From Azolla caroliniana (Eukaryota > Plantae > Polypodiophyta): a stretch of DNA of 64,000 nucleotides. The notes under the pieces were generated by a model. It was given only the letters and a program-made list of their open reading frames with translations. It had not been told where the DNA came from and did not search any database. Numbering within the stretch: the stretch's first letter is position 1; the number at the start of each line of letters is the position of its first letter. The position numbers and the translations under genes are program-made. The stretch lies in NCBI GenBank assembly GCA_043228905.1, contig JBHGNT010000003.1, forward strand, positions 24,490,001 through 24,554,000, given 5' to 3'. Shown piece after piece: positions 12,301-25,200 of the stretch.

Positions 12301-13425
12301 GAGCCTTTACGGACTGAAGCAGGCTCCCCGGCAATGGTACCGGAAATTCGACTCCTTCATGACCGACGAAGGGTACCTCAAAACGCAGTCCGACCACTGC
12401 GTGTTTGTGAAGAAGTCGAAGGAGGAGACTTCCTAATACTCCTCCTGTACGTGGACGACATGTTGATCGTCGGACGGGACCAGGTCAAGATACGGATGCT
12501 GAAGAAGGCTCTTCACCGAACCTTCTCAATGAAGGACTTGGGTCCGGCGAGGCAAATACTAGGGATGCACATCATCCAGGACCAGAAGAAGAAGCAGTTG
12601 TGGCTGTCACAGGAGAAGTACGTGACGAAGGTGCTTCACCGGTTCAACATGTCGGAAGCAAGACCGGTCGGATCGACCCTCCCGGCAAACTGCAAGCTGT
12701 CCAACAAGCAAAGTCCCAAGACAAAGGCTGAAAAGGAGGATATGATGAAAGTGTCGTATGCCTCAGCCGTCGGGAGCTTGATGTACGCCATGGTGTGTAC
12801 GAGACCGGACATCGGATATGCAGTCGGAGTGGTGAGCCGGTACATGAGCAATCCCGGCAAAGAGCATTGGAACGCGGCCAAGTGGATACTCCGATACCTG
12901 AAGGGCACGGCAAACGTGTGCCTCCGATTCGGCTCCGGTAAGCCCGAACTCGACGGCTTTACCGATTCGGATATGTCGGCTGATGCAGATACCAGCCGGT
13001 CCACATCAGGGTATGTGATGACGTATGCAGGGGGAGCTGTTTCATGGCAGTCGAGGCTGCAGAAGACGGTTGCGTTGTCAACCACGGAGGCGGAGTACAT
13101 GGCGGTTGTTGAAGCCGGTAAGGAAATGATATGGATGAAGGACTTCATTAGAGAGCTCGGTATCCGGCAGGAGGAGTACCGACTCTACTGTGACAGTCAG
13201 AGTGCCATCCACCTTGCGAAGAACGCGGCCTATCACTCCCGGACGAAGCACATCCAGCGAAGATATCACTGGATCCGGGAAAGGATAGAAGACCAGGAGT
13301 TCGTGCTGACGAAGATCCACACGGACGAGAACGGCTCGGATATGCTGACCAAGGTCCTCACACCCGACAAGCTGGAAGCATGCCGGAAGAGGATCGGATT
13401 GGAAAGACATCCCATGCCGAAGTGA
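9349..13425 (+). pseudogene. Copia B gag-pol polyprotein with two frameshifts
   Basis: Overlapping ORFs 9349-11850, 11660-12436 and 12286-13425 join through frame changes near 11750 and 12415. No internal stops seen in the homologous reading. Confidence 0.88.
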
Positions 13426-13435
13426 AGGGGGAGTT

Positions 13436-14046
13436 TGTTGGGATTACGATCCCTTCGGATGGGATGGTCGGATGTCGGAGATGAATGCCGACGAGCCCGG
13501 TTTCGGTTTCGGATCCGGATGTTGAAGACCCCGGCTTCGGTGCCGGATGACGAATGTACCCGGAGAGCGATCCGGATGCAGGGACATATCCGTGAATATG
13601 TTCGCTATGGGCCCCCTGAGGCTATAGTTGTAAATAGCCCCAAAGTCATATATGTATAAATATGACTTAGGGCAAACAGTTTTCTAGTTGCTAATCATTT
13701 TTCTGTTTTTCCACTCAAGAGGAGTGAAGAGGGAGCAGCCGTGAGAGAGAGAGAGAGATAGAGCGTGAGAGAGGAAGAGGACTACGCCTCTGTGTATTTC
13801 CGCCGCCTGTGGCGAGGACAGCGAACTCAAGGTCGTCGCCTTGCAGCTCGCCATTGTGTACTTCTCTTTGTATAGTGTTGGTTTGGAGTCTCGTACTCCC
13901 GTGGTTTTTCCCATCTAGGGTTTTCCACGTTAATCCCTGTGTATACGTGTGTTTCTCTCTGTGGTTCCTATTTTCTGCTGCATTGATTCGCGATTACTCG
14001 GTTGTGGCCGAGTGGTGAAGGTCAATCGAAGCGTCGATTCCCAACA
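13436..14046 (+). repeat. 3' LTR of copia B (apparently chimeric)
   Basis: Preceded by the PPT. Near-identical to the 5' LTR for the first ~240 bp and clearly more divergent afterwards. Confidence 0.95.
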
Positions 14047-14126
14047 CAAGCCACTTAAACCAAACCATTTACGTAAGGCAAACCAAACCGCTTAGGGAAA
14101 CATTGAAATGAATCTGAACCATTTCA

Positions 14127-15250
14127 TTACAAATTTTGGCTCTTCACAAGTAGAATGCACGGTTTATCTTCTTCTTTTTTTCTCTTCAAAAGCATAATCT
14201 TTGTTTTAGACTTGTTAACACTTAATTTAGTATGCATGCAAAAATAATAATCTAATGCCTTCATAAGCTTTTGTGCATCTCCTAAAGTATTTACAAAAAG
14301 TACTACATCATCCGCATATAACAAAAGCATAATAACTAAATTCCCAATGGCAACTTCTTCAATGCATTCTTCCTTTACAAACTTGGCAATCATTTCTTCC
14401 AATTCATCAATGCATAGACCAAATAGAGTTGGTGAGAATGAGCATCCTTGCTCAACACCAATAGTGTATTGAAAAAATTCGAAAGTTTATAATTCATACG
14501 CACACAACATATAACCTTCTCATAGATTCAGGAAATTACAAGCATATATTCACTTGGCACTTTGATTTCTTCCTTTCGCCTCCAAAGATGCTTAGGAGGT
14601 ACCATATCAAAAGCTTTCTTGAAGTCTATGAAGCAACAATATAAAGCGTTACCTCTAAGGCAACTTTCCTCCATTAATACTTGAAGGGTGACGAGGTGAT
14701 CAATGGTGTTTTCAAAAGACAACTTGTCCATAAGCTCTCTTACCATTTTTTTCAACCCATGCACTTATCTTTGATTCCATTATACATCCAAATAGTTTTG
14801 CCATTAGTGAGCCAACCATGATGGTTTAATAGTTGTTTACATTATTTACATCTCCACCTTTATGTAAAGATTTGATCCAATTTGTAGTCCAATCGTACGA
14901 CATCCCATGTTGTAATGCATGATTAAACCTATCACTTATCCATACATGTGTTTCCTTTCCCATCCATTTGAGCCTTTTGGCCTTTATTCATTGAAGATCG
15001 CTTGCATTTCAAGAGGCCAATTTCTTGAGTCTTATGCATATATCTTCAATTGTAAAGAAGGGAGACATAATGTGAAAGAGAACTATAACACGTCATCTTT
15101 CCAGCAAGAGATAGCTCATATAAAATCTTGCAATGCATAGACAAGTCAAGAAGAGTTAAGTCACCATAACTCTCAACACATTTCACCTTTAGATTTCCCC
15201 CAAATTTAGCACATGCATGTGCGGCTCTTGTGTTTGGAAAAATTGTTTAG
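14127..15250 (-). mobile_element. Decayed RTEX/RTE-like LINE RT fragment
   Basis: Minus-strand peptides CCFIDFKKAFDMVP, GVEQGC-like and LLYADDVVLF resemble the 53.2-54.3 kb LINE (CCFVDFRKAFDTVP, GVKQGCPLSP). Boundaries are approximate. Confidence 0.75.
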
Positions 15251-17774
15251 TAACTTCCCACGTTCCTCTCTTTCTTTGAATAAGCCATTTGTACTCATGC
15301 AAATGCATAGAGAGGCCAATATTGACCCATAGGACCTAAATGCAAACGTTATCTTGATGTGTGTCTCCTTCCTAAGAAGGGATATTCATACTTTGAAGCA
15401 CAAAGTCTTTATGTGTGAATAAGGCATGCACATATTAGCTCAACCTTCTAGGTGTTCCCTTTAGTGTGATACTCAAGTCATCACCCCCCCTTAATATATC
15501 ATCATAGCTTTCACGAATCGCACTATATGCATAGAATGTAACAAGCAAGTGATACTCATCCTCCACTAGACATTCCTTGCATACGTTACATGTATTTATA
15601 TTTGGTTGACTTTGATTCCATAATGCAACTTCAATACCTAGGTTGTGTGATCAAGTGAGAAGGAGTGTTAGGGCTTTACAAGAGTTAATACTCATGAGTA
15701 GTGAGGTACGGTTGAATACGATCAATAGGCCTTCTTGCCTTATATAGAACCCAACATTCAGGATTGATGTTTGCAATATAATTTCTAAATTTGTCCTTTT
15801 AGCTTCTTACCACTTCCTCCTTAGTGGGGTTTCGAATAAAATGGAAGAGGGTGCATCCCTACAAATATACTTCAATTCGAGATAATGAAAATTCCACAAA
15901 CGTTTTCATCAATATTGTTTTCTTGAACAATAGCTCATCTCAATTATTGATTCCAATCAAGTCCGCCAAATAAAACACAAGAAGAATGAGATCATACTTA
16001 GAATGAGAATGGCAAGAGGCACTCATTGGTGGTTTTAGATGGAAAATAAGAATAAATATAACGAAGTGGAATTATATCATCAATCTTATAGAGACAATAA
16101 ATAAGATTGACCACTTTGCACTAAGTGATAATGGGATTCATATCGAAGGCTTCGGGTTCAAATTTCATGTCATTATCAATAATATCCTTTGTCCCTTGTT
16201 TGCTTTCTTTGTCCTCATAACTCCCTTTTTAACCACTTGAATGTTGCACGCATGTTTCTTCATTGACTTCATCGTCATTCTCAAACACTTCATTCGTCAA
16301 TGATTCTACCCATGTATATTTTTTATTAAAAAATGATATTTGATATTTGAAAACTGAAACATAAGTAGAAAAATCACCAATCTATAATATTACGTGGGTT
16401 TATGCAATTAATATTTTTTGTTTCCTATAGTGGATTATTTCATCATTCAATAATCTTACATAGAGTTTTTAGTACATTTTATAATTGTTTGAAAAAAAAC
16501 GTTACATAGCATTTCCTATAATAGTACAAGAATTTATGAGGAAGACTTTCCGAGACAATTAACAACTTATTTGGAGTGCCAAGGGAATATTGCCAATCTA
16601 GAAATTTGTCATGCCAATAAGATTGACATGTTTTAAATATATATGTCACATGCAATTGTAGGTTTCACACAAATCCTAATATTGGTGCACATACATCATT
16701 TGACATTTATGAGATAATTCAACATAACACTTGCAAACAAAGCTTTGCCACACATATGTTCTATTTGCGATAAGCTAGTGATTAGTTTGAAAGAAGTATA
16801 ATGAATGTGTTTTTTTTCTCATTGCAATAGACGTGAGTATTGATCATTTTGTTGTTATGGAATTCTTTGTACTAGTTACCGATGGGATTGATAAACTACT
16901 ATATGTTTTTAGTTGAATGGAGTTGGTGAAAACTTTGATTTGCCTTGTTGCAACCTTATGGTAAAGTGAAAGGTTATTCAAATTCTCGTACAGAACTATA
17001 ATTTTTATTCTTGTTGATGAATGATAATATGACAACTCATAAGGATAATCTAGATGCAATATAAACATCATGTACATAAGGAGTGGTGTCTACGAATGTG
17101 AGTGTTGTGGTTTCTTTTCAAGTAAACAAATTAGGATGAGAAAGAATATCATGGGATGAATAACCTTGATGTTTGAATATGACCTGATGAGTATTTGCAT
17201 GATGAGAATGGCAACATTTTTAATGCATGCAAGACCATATTTTATGCTTGAGAGTGGTGACGTTATATTCAACATTAAGAATAAAAAGACTTTCATTTAC
17301 AACTCTCAACACATGGAAGGTACCGTAGGAATGTTTATACACATACTGAATGGGGAAGGGTGCGAGTGCATTTTATACATGAAATCTCTACATTTAAGGC
17401 TTGAGTACACGAGGATAAAACATGGGCCCAATACATTTCCAATTTAACATGTACTATAGTTATAATTGTGCTCACGAAGTTTAAGTGTCTCATTGACTAT
17501 TATGCCACTTGTGAACAAAACATTTGTTTTCGATTATTTCACGGAGTTGTGCGACGCGAAGGAAGCCTTTTTATTCATGAGGGAACTTAGATGCAACTTT
17601 AACTTTTATCATGCTCTAGGTCCGAGCCAGATGGATTGAAAAGGTGCAAAGTCATAGGCGGCATGTCATTGTCAGGATACTTGTTGACATACATGTCTTA
17701 GTGTTTGTTCAAAAAGAAACTGAGATCCTCAACATTATTTTTGTAAGCATCCACGATATACGGGGACAAGTAAG

Positions 17775-18780
17775 GCATGGGATTGGTGGGGCATGGCGCA
17801 ATTCGGCGTGCCCCACACATAGGGAGCAACGAGCTGACAACATGGGACGACGAATGAAGGTTCACAAGCACATCCTTATACTACAGGTCATTTGTTGGCC
17901 TACGATGGGGGTTGGCGCAATTCAGTGTGCCCACCACACGGAGGGAGCAGCGAGCTGACAAATGCATAGAGCATGGGAGGAACAAATGTTCAGGGGGGGC
18001 ACATCCTTATACTACAGGTCATTTGTCGGCCTGGGATGGGGGTTGGCGCAGTTCAGTGTGCCCACCACACGGAGGGAGCAACGAGTTGACAAATGCATAG
18101 AGCATGGGATGAACGAATGTTTAGGGGGGGCACATCCTTAGACTACAGGTCATTTGTTGGCCTGGGATGGGGTTTGGCGCAGTTCAGTGTGCCCACCACA
18201 CGGAGGGAGCAATGAGCTGACAAATGCATAGAGCATGGGATGAACGAATGTTCAGGGGGGGCACATCCTTATACTACAGGTCATTTGTTGGCCTGGGATG
18301 GGGGTTGGCGCAATTCAGTGTGCCCACCACACGGAGGGAGCAATGAGCTGACAAATGCATAGAGCATGGGATGAACGAATGTTTAGGGGGGGCACATCCT
18401 TAGACTATAGGTCATTTGTCGGCCTGGGATGGGGGTTGGCGCAGTTCAGTGTGCCCACCACACGGAGGGAGCAACAAGCTGACAAATGCATAGAGCATGG
18501 GATGAACGAATGTTTAGGGGGGGGCACATCCTTATACTACAGGTCATTTGTTGGCCTGGGATGGGAGTTGGCGCAGTTCAGTGTGCCCACCACACGGAGG
18601 GAGCAATGAGCTGACAAATGCATAGAGCATGGGATGAACGAATGTTCAAGGGGGGCACATCCTTAGACTATAGGTCATTTGTTGGCCTGGGATGGGGGTT
18701 GGCGCAGTTCAGTGTGCCCACCACATAGAGGGAGCAACGAGCTGACAAATGCATAGAGCATGGGATGAACGAATGCTCAA
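17775..18780. repeat. Tandem array of a 131-bp unit, 7 near-identical copies plus one degenerate partial copy
   Basis: GCACATCC recurs at 17868, 17999, 18130, 18261, 18392, 18524 and 18655 (spacing 131-132). Units differ by a few substitutions and there are no unique spacers. Confidence 0.97.
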
Positions 18781-19117
18781 GCAGTCTGTTGTTGTCCGCA
18801 CACGAGTACAGACATGTGGTGTTTTGTCCGTTAACATACAGAGGTTTGGGGTCTAGATGGACGGACGGACGGACGGATTGGCCCAAGTAGTGAAAACTCT
18901 TCTTTTGTGGTTTAGTGAAGAAGAAGAGCGAGCAAGCCACATGGAATTGACCTCTCCTTAGAGAAAGGAAGGCGGTTCCTTGGGCATCAAGCAAAGTCTC
19001 ACTATTATTAGTGATTAGGTCCTACACTCTCTCTCAATTCATACAACAAATTCCTTGGAGAAGAAGCCTTCTCTCAATACTTAAAAATTTCCCATTCCTT
19101 CTAAGTTCTAACACCCA

Positions 19118-19122
<5 letters not shown>

Positions 19123-19169
<47 letters not shown>

Positions 19170-19197
19170 CCTGCTTCTTCTTCTTCTTCTTCTTCTT
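19123..19197 (+). repeat. (CT)n and (CTT)n microsatellites in the presumptive ABCB 5' UTR
   Basis: About 22 CT units followed by about 7 CTT units just upstream of ATG 19234. Confidence 0.9.
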
Positions 19198-19233
19198 TAC
19201 AGTTCATCAAATCTCCTCTCTGGCTGTTTCCTC

Positions 19234-22200
19234 ATGGCTCCCCACGACAGCGACCACATGAAATCACCCAAAGCATTGGAAACAGAGGATGCCATCGGAG
19301 CCTATGGATATGGCGAGAAGAAGGTGGAGGACGACGAGAAGAAGGAAGTCGAGAAGAAGAAGAAGAAGAAGAAGGAGGAGGAAGAAAAGAATCCAACTGT
19401 GAGCTTTTTCAAGCTATTCTCTTATGCAGATAATTACGATTATGTTCTGATGGCCATTGGAACTCTAGGAGCCTTAGGTCATGGCTTATCTTTACCCATG
19501 TTCTTCTTCTTGTTTGGTAAACTCGTGGATAGCTTTGGATCAAATCAGACTGATCCTAAGAAAACAGCAGAAAAAGTTGGAGGAGTAAGTTGACCAAAAC
19601 CATAACCCTATTTGGAATCAAGAAACCCTAAATCTAATTTAAAAAAAGATCACATTGTTTTAATTTTAGAAATTATCTTGATATATTTATATATTTGTAA
19701 TTTCTCTTCCTTTATTTGAATTTCGTTCATGGAACGAATAATTCCATGCATTAATAAATCCTAAAGCTGTTTTTTTCTTTCACATTTCTGTGGTTCCATA
19801 TCTGGCCTTTTGTTTTTAGAATCATTAATATTGTGCATTTCATTAATACAATCTACAGGATCCTGAATGTTAAAAACTTAACCTAACTAACAGGTAATTG
19901 ATTCGTGCTTTATCTATGCTTTAAAAACTGGACTAATGGATTAATGCATGACTTCAATACACATTTATTAATGCTCATTAATGGGTCATTGGTTGATTGA
20001 TGCATTTTGATCAAATAGAGATCTAATATGTTAAAATTACATTCAATGGGCTCATTCATTAATACATGTATTTTGATAAAATAGAGATCTAATTATATGT
20101 TAAAATTATAATCAATGGGCTTATTCATTAATCGTTTCTTTATAAGTTAGACATGTATTCTAAAAATTCCCAATGGATCATTGATTTCATCTATTTTGAT
20201 CAAATAGAGATCTAATAATATGTTGAAGACATGCCTAAATAGATAATTGATTCGTATATCTATAAAATAGAGATCTAGTTTAATGTCCACAAATAGGTTG
20301 CTTGAATGGCTTGTCGATTCAAGAATGACTACCAATGGCTCATCGATTCATGTATAATATGTTAAAATGGCTCATTTATTCATGTGTATTATATATGTTA
20401 CAAAACTACAAATGGCTCATTGATTCATGTTTTAATTAAAAAGAGAGATCTAGTTTGTTAAAAATTGCCAAATAGGCCTCTCACTCTTCCTTCATGGCTT
20501 TTTCCCTCTGCAGTATGCATTGGATTTGGTATACCTTGGTCTGGCCATCTTCATCTCTGGATGGGCAGGTAATATATTGTTTAGATCATAATTCTCTTGA
20601 GCTTTGTATATATGTACATGTTCACTAGAAGGTTTGGGCACCTTGTCTGGAAAAATGTCTCAAGAATTTCTTGACCTGAAAATTTTCATCACCCACCCCT
20701 TTGATTAGTGAAGGAGTCCTCATCATTGAGCTTGCCTCTTTTTTATGTGTATTCAGAGGTGTCTTGTTGGATGCACACGGGACAACGGCAAGTGAGTAGA
20801 ATGCGGCGTGCGTATCTAAAAGCCATCTTGGACCAAGAAATTGGCTACTTTGATACTGATGCCAGGACGGGCATCTTGGTCGATAGCATCTCAAAAGACA
20901 CGGTGCTGATTCAGGATGCCATCAGTGAGAAGGTGTGGCATAGATACGAAGATGTGGCTATTCATATTCTGCTAATCTCGATTTAGATTATGTGTGCATG
21001 GACTTGTATATGTCTTTATGCATGCATATATGTGTAAAAACTCACGTGCATTCATCCATATCAATGTAATGAAATGTTCTTGTGCTTCTATTGCAGACTG
21101 GAAACTTCTTGCACTTCATGGCTACATTTGTAGGAGGCTTTGCTCTCGCCTTTTCTGTGTTGTGGAAGCTATCTTTAGTAACAATTGCAGTTGTTCCCGC
21201 CATAGCTTTCGCTGGTGGCTTGTATGTTTTCACACTCACTAAGTTATCAAGCAAAAGCCAAGAAGCCTATGGAAATGCAGGGACAATCGCTGATCAAGTA
21301 TATTGCACTCCTTATTAATGTTCTTAACATGTGTTTTTGATATATCATAATTTATATAAATTATTGGGAAACATGTGTTTCATTACTGTGTAAATATGTT
21401 TTGATATCTTTTTGCAATCTTGGGCAGGTTATCACTCAGATTCGGACAGTTTATTCATTTGTCGGTGAAAAGAAGGCAGCACAGTCCTTCACTGACTCTC
21501 TTGCCCACACATTGAAGCTGGGTTATAAAGGAGGGTTGGCCAAAGGGTTAGGTCTTGGTGTGACATACACTATTCTTTTCTTTTCATGGGCTTTGATTCT
21601 GTGGTATGCTGGTGTGCTTGTCCGGAATGGAGAGACCAATGGTGGTAAAGCTATAACTGCAGTGTTTGGAGCAATCATTGGTGGCATGTAAGGGTTTGTG
21701 TCTCTCTTGTAAGCTAACTAATTAATCATAGGCTGAATGATGGTTAACCATCAGTATGTTGTGGTGATGGTTAGCTAAACCATATGTCGTGGTAGTGATG
21801 AAATAACCACATTTTGTGTTATGGTTAATGATATGTAGGGCTCTTGGACAAGCTATGGGCAATCTTACTGCTTTTGGAAAAGGAAAAGCAGCAGGTTACA
21901 ACATACTAACAATGGTGAACAAGCCAATCAAGGTGGATCGCCATGCTGATCATGGCTCGAAATTAACTGAAGTTAAAGGTGATATTGAGCTACGAAACAT
22001 CGTCTTCAGTTATCCTTCTAGGCCAGATGTGATGATTTTCAATGGCTTCTCTTTAAGCATAACATCTGGGAGGACACTTGCCCTTGTTGGAGGTAGTGGT
22101 TCAGGCAAAAGCACAGTTGTCTCGCTCATTGAAAGGTTCTATGACCCCATAGAAGGTACATAAACTCTTTACATGAAGCACTTACTGAAGAAAATGGAAA

Positions 22201-25200
22201 GTAAATATCAATGCTAATGATAATTAATTTTTCATTCTTTTTGGTATTGCTTTAGGTCAGGTTTTGCTTGATGGTGTCGATGTTCGCTCTCTTCCGCTGA
22301 AGTGGCTTCGGGATCAAATCGGTCTAGTGAATCAAGAACCTGCCCTTTTTGCAACATCCATATTAGAAAACATTCTCTATGGCAAGGAGGATGCTACCAT
22401 GGAAGAAGTGGAGGCAGCTGCTAAAGCAGCGAATGCACATGCTTTCATCAACGATTTGCCTAATTCATATCAAACCCAAGTACCTTCCTTTTTCTGTATA
22501 TCTATGGATCTAAAAGCTAAATAACTGATGTTTATCAATATATTATGCATTTATTCATACAGCTGGATTTAATCACAATATATGGTATCAGTACATATTA
22601 TATTTGAAGCTCTATAAATGGTGTATCTGTGTAAAGCATTCACATATCTGGATTGAAGCCCTATATTATCTGTATGTATATATGCACAAATTGCATTCAT
22701 ATATCTGGATTTAATGAAAATGTATAGTATATTGATTGTGCATATAATCTGGATTCAAATCACATGTTGTGTCGGTTAGTACATGACAACTCTTTTGTGG
22801 CATCATTAGACTAATATATAACAAGTATGTGTTGATTCGTAGGTCGGTGAGCGTGGTGTACAACTTTCGGGTGGCCAAAAGCAAAGGGTGGCTATTGCAA
22901 GAGCGATGCTTAAAAACCCGAAAGTTCTTCTCCTCGACGAGGCCACAAGTGCATTGGATGCTGGATCCGAGAAAGTTGTGCAAGATGCATTGGACCGCAT
23001 AATGGTGGGAAGGACGACGGTTATAATTGCACATAGGTTGTCAACGATCCGGAACGTGGACACAATTGGCGTGGTAGAAAATGGCCGGATTGTGGAGATG
23101 GGCACCCATGATGAATTGATTGCAAAGGGTGATCTTGGGGCCTATTTCACTCTTGTCAAGCTTCAAGAGATGGCTCTCGCGAGCGACGGAACAATCTTGA
23201 CATCCAAGTGAGATTTAAAAAAAAAATAAAATTATTTCAAACTTCAGATTTTAACAATTGTCACAATGAGCAAAAGTGGGCTTTATATCGGTTTGAAGTA
23301 ATTCTTTGTGCATACTTTTTGTTTGTTACAAATAGAGCCCCAAGCTCTTTGCAAAGAATGAGTAGCGCATCGAACACAATATCTCGGAGCAAGAGGATGA
23401 GTGGTAGTAATCGGTGGAGTGATGTTCCCAAGGTAAAAAGAGCAGTAGTTACGTTTATATTCAGTAAAAAAACAAACCTAACGATGCCCTAATTTTTCGA
23501 AAATGTTTGCCATTGATCATGTATTCTATATATATGATAGGATCATGGAGACAATATTGTAGTGAATGAGGATACCAATGAAAATGTTCAGAAAGGATCG
23601 TATTGGTGGAGATTAGTGAAACTGAATTCCGCAGAATGGCCGTATGCATTGCTGGGGAGTGTGGGATCCATCATGGCGGGGGTTGTGAATCCGATCTTTG
23701 CGTTGATTATCAGCGAGTTGCTTGCTGTCTACTACATAACAGATAAAGACAAGATGCAAAAGGAAGTCCAGAAGTATGTGTTAATTTATGTAGGTGTGGG
23801 TGTTATCACGCTGGGTATATATGTGTTGCAACATTACTACTTTGGCATCGTGGGCGAGAATCTCACGGCAAGAGTGAGAGAGTTGATGTTCAAGGGTGAG
23901 TCTATGATTTTCCATAAAGAAATAAATCTTTTTCAAAGAATGCAAGTCGGTGACGAATTTGTTTCAAACTGTTATCAAATGAATGGACAAGATTGCATTA
24001 TGTTGACTAATATGCTCCCTTTTTTTCCATCATTGATAATTGACCTTGTAACACACTACTTGCACGTCAACCTCAATAAAGCATTGCACAAATTTTTTCG
24101 TTTTTGTGGCTATAATAAAAGCCAACTTTGCTTTACCCCATGCTGTAGTAGATATATGTAACTATAAATTGAATTGCATTAACATATACAAATAAACAAA
24201 CAGGCTACTTCCATAACTTTCAGATCCGAGACGCAACAAAAACTGTACATTAAACAGACTAAATACACTAGTGCACTTTCAACTGTACATTAAACAGACT
24301 AAATACATCAGTGCACTTTCTTTGGTAACTGAATTATGAAGAATGCAAAGACAGAAAAGAAAAGAAAAAGAAAACGCAAAATAGTTGCATGTCCATACTT
24401 GTTTCCTTGTAGAAAGAAATATTTTTGTCTGCATTATTAAATGAGATTATTTTGAGCCATGTGTTATAATAATAGTTCACGCAACTCAAAAGTGCTGATA
24501 AAACATACAATACAAAAGTCTTTCCGTTGAAATCACTTTTGATAGTATTAGCCAAAATTGAATTGAAAAAGCTATATATAACCAAAAAGTCAAGTAAAAA
24601 AATATCAATTATTCAAATCATTCTTGGGATGCCCGTTTTGTTTGGGCCACAATACTAACTGAATTTAAATTAAACAACGGAAAAACAAAATCATCTCATT
24701 CATTATAAGATTGACATCAAGAGCGCAGAGTTTAATTGGAAATTTACTATAATGACCAAAATGTCCACATTTCAAGAGCTCAGAGTTGAATTGAAAATGT
24801 ACTATAATAACCAAAATGTCAACATTTTGAAGATTGCTATTAAGAGCTCACAAAGTTGACCTGAAAACTTACTATTGATAACCGAAATGTCCAGAGTTTG
24901 AATCCAATACAGAAACAAAAGGAATGTGATTCGCGAATCTAATCGACAACCCCATTAGTGATCGAATGCACTTGTGTTTTTCTAGGCCATGTAGTCACTG
25001 TATTTGAAACATTTCAGAAGTTCATATGTGTAAACATGGAGCCACCTTAATTAATCGCCTGGAAATGGATGAAGGAATGTGCTTAGGGCATTCTTTAGAT
25101 CTTATAGCTTCTGGGAAGGATAGTCCAGAGGATGTGGGTTTCTCTCTTTCTCGTCCTGAACTCGAAAAAGCTTACAAAATTTGGATCAAAAACACTTAAA

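Larger units (their letters stand above)
8703..14046 (+). mobile_element. Full-length Ty1/copia LTR retrotransposon B (Tnt1/Tork-like)
   Basis: LTRs 8703-9318 and 13436-14046 (TGTTGG...CCAACA), PBS TGGTATCAGAGC 9322-9333, PPT GAAGGGGGAG 13424-13433. Complete Gag-PR-INT-RT-RNaseH (TDSD, STTEAEY, SRTKHI). Flanks CCGGA/CAAGC do not form a TSD. Lineage name is provisional. Confidence 0.95.

Noticed and set aside
14047-14060. CAAGCCACTT as the continuation of copia A (G-K-P-L) after element B
   Set aside because: Only ~5 nt resemble the expected sequence, there is no TSD, and no RNase H homology follows.
16840-17450. Possible Mutator-like transposase remnant
   Set aside because: The sequence looks like decayed coding DNA but no diagnostic motif could be read with confidence.
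17952-17992. Hammerhead ribozyme in the 131-bp unit (CTGACAA-stem-GGGA-stem)
   Set aside because: The topology is reminiscent but the catalytic core fails: CUGACAA instead of CUGANGA, GGGA instead of GAAA, and no UH after stem III.
17775-18780. CRISPR array or 5S rDNA array
   Set aside because: Units are repeated end to end with no unique spacers and no cas genes, the context is eukaryotic, and the unit shows no similarity to the plant 5S rRNA sequence.
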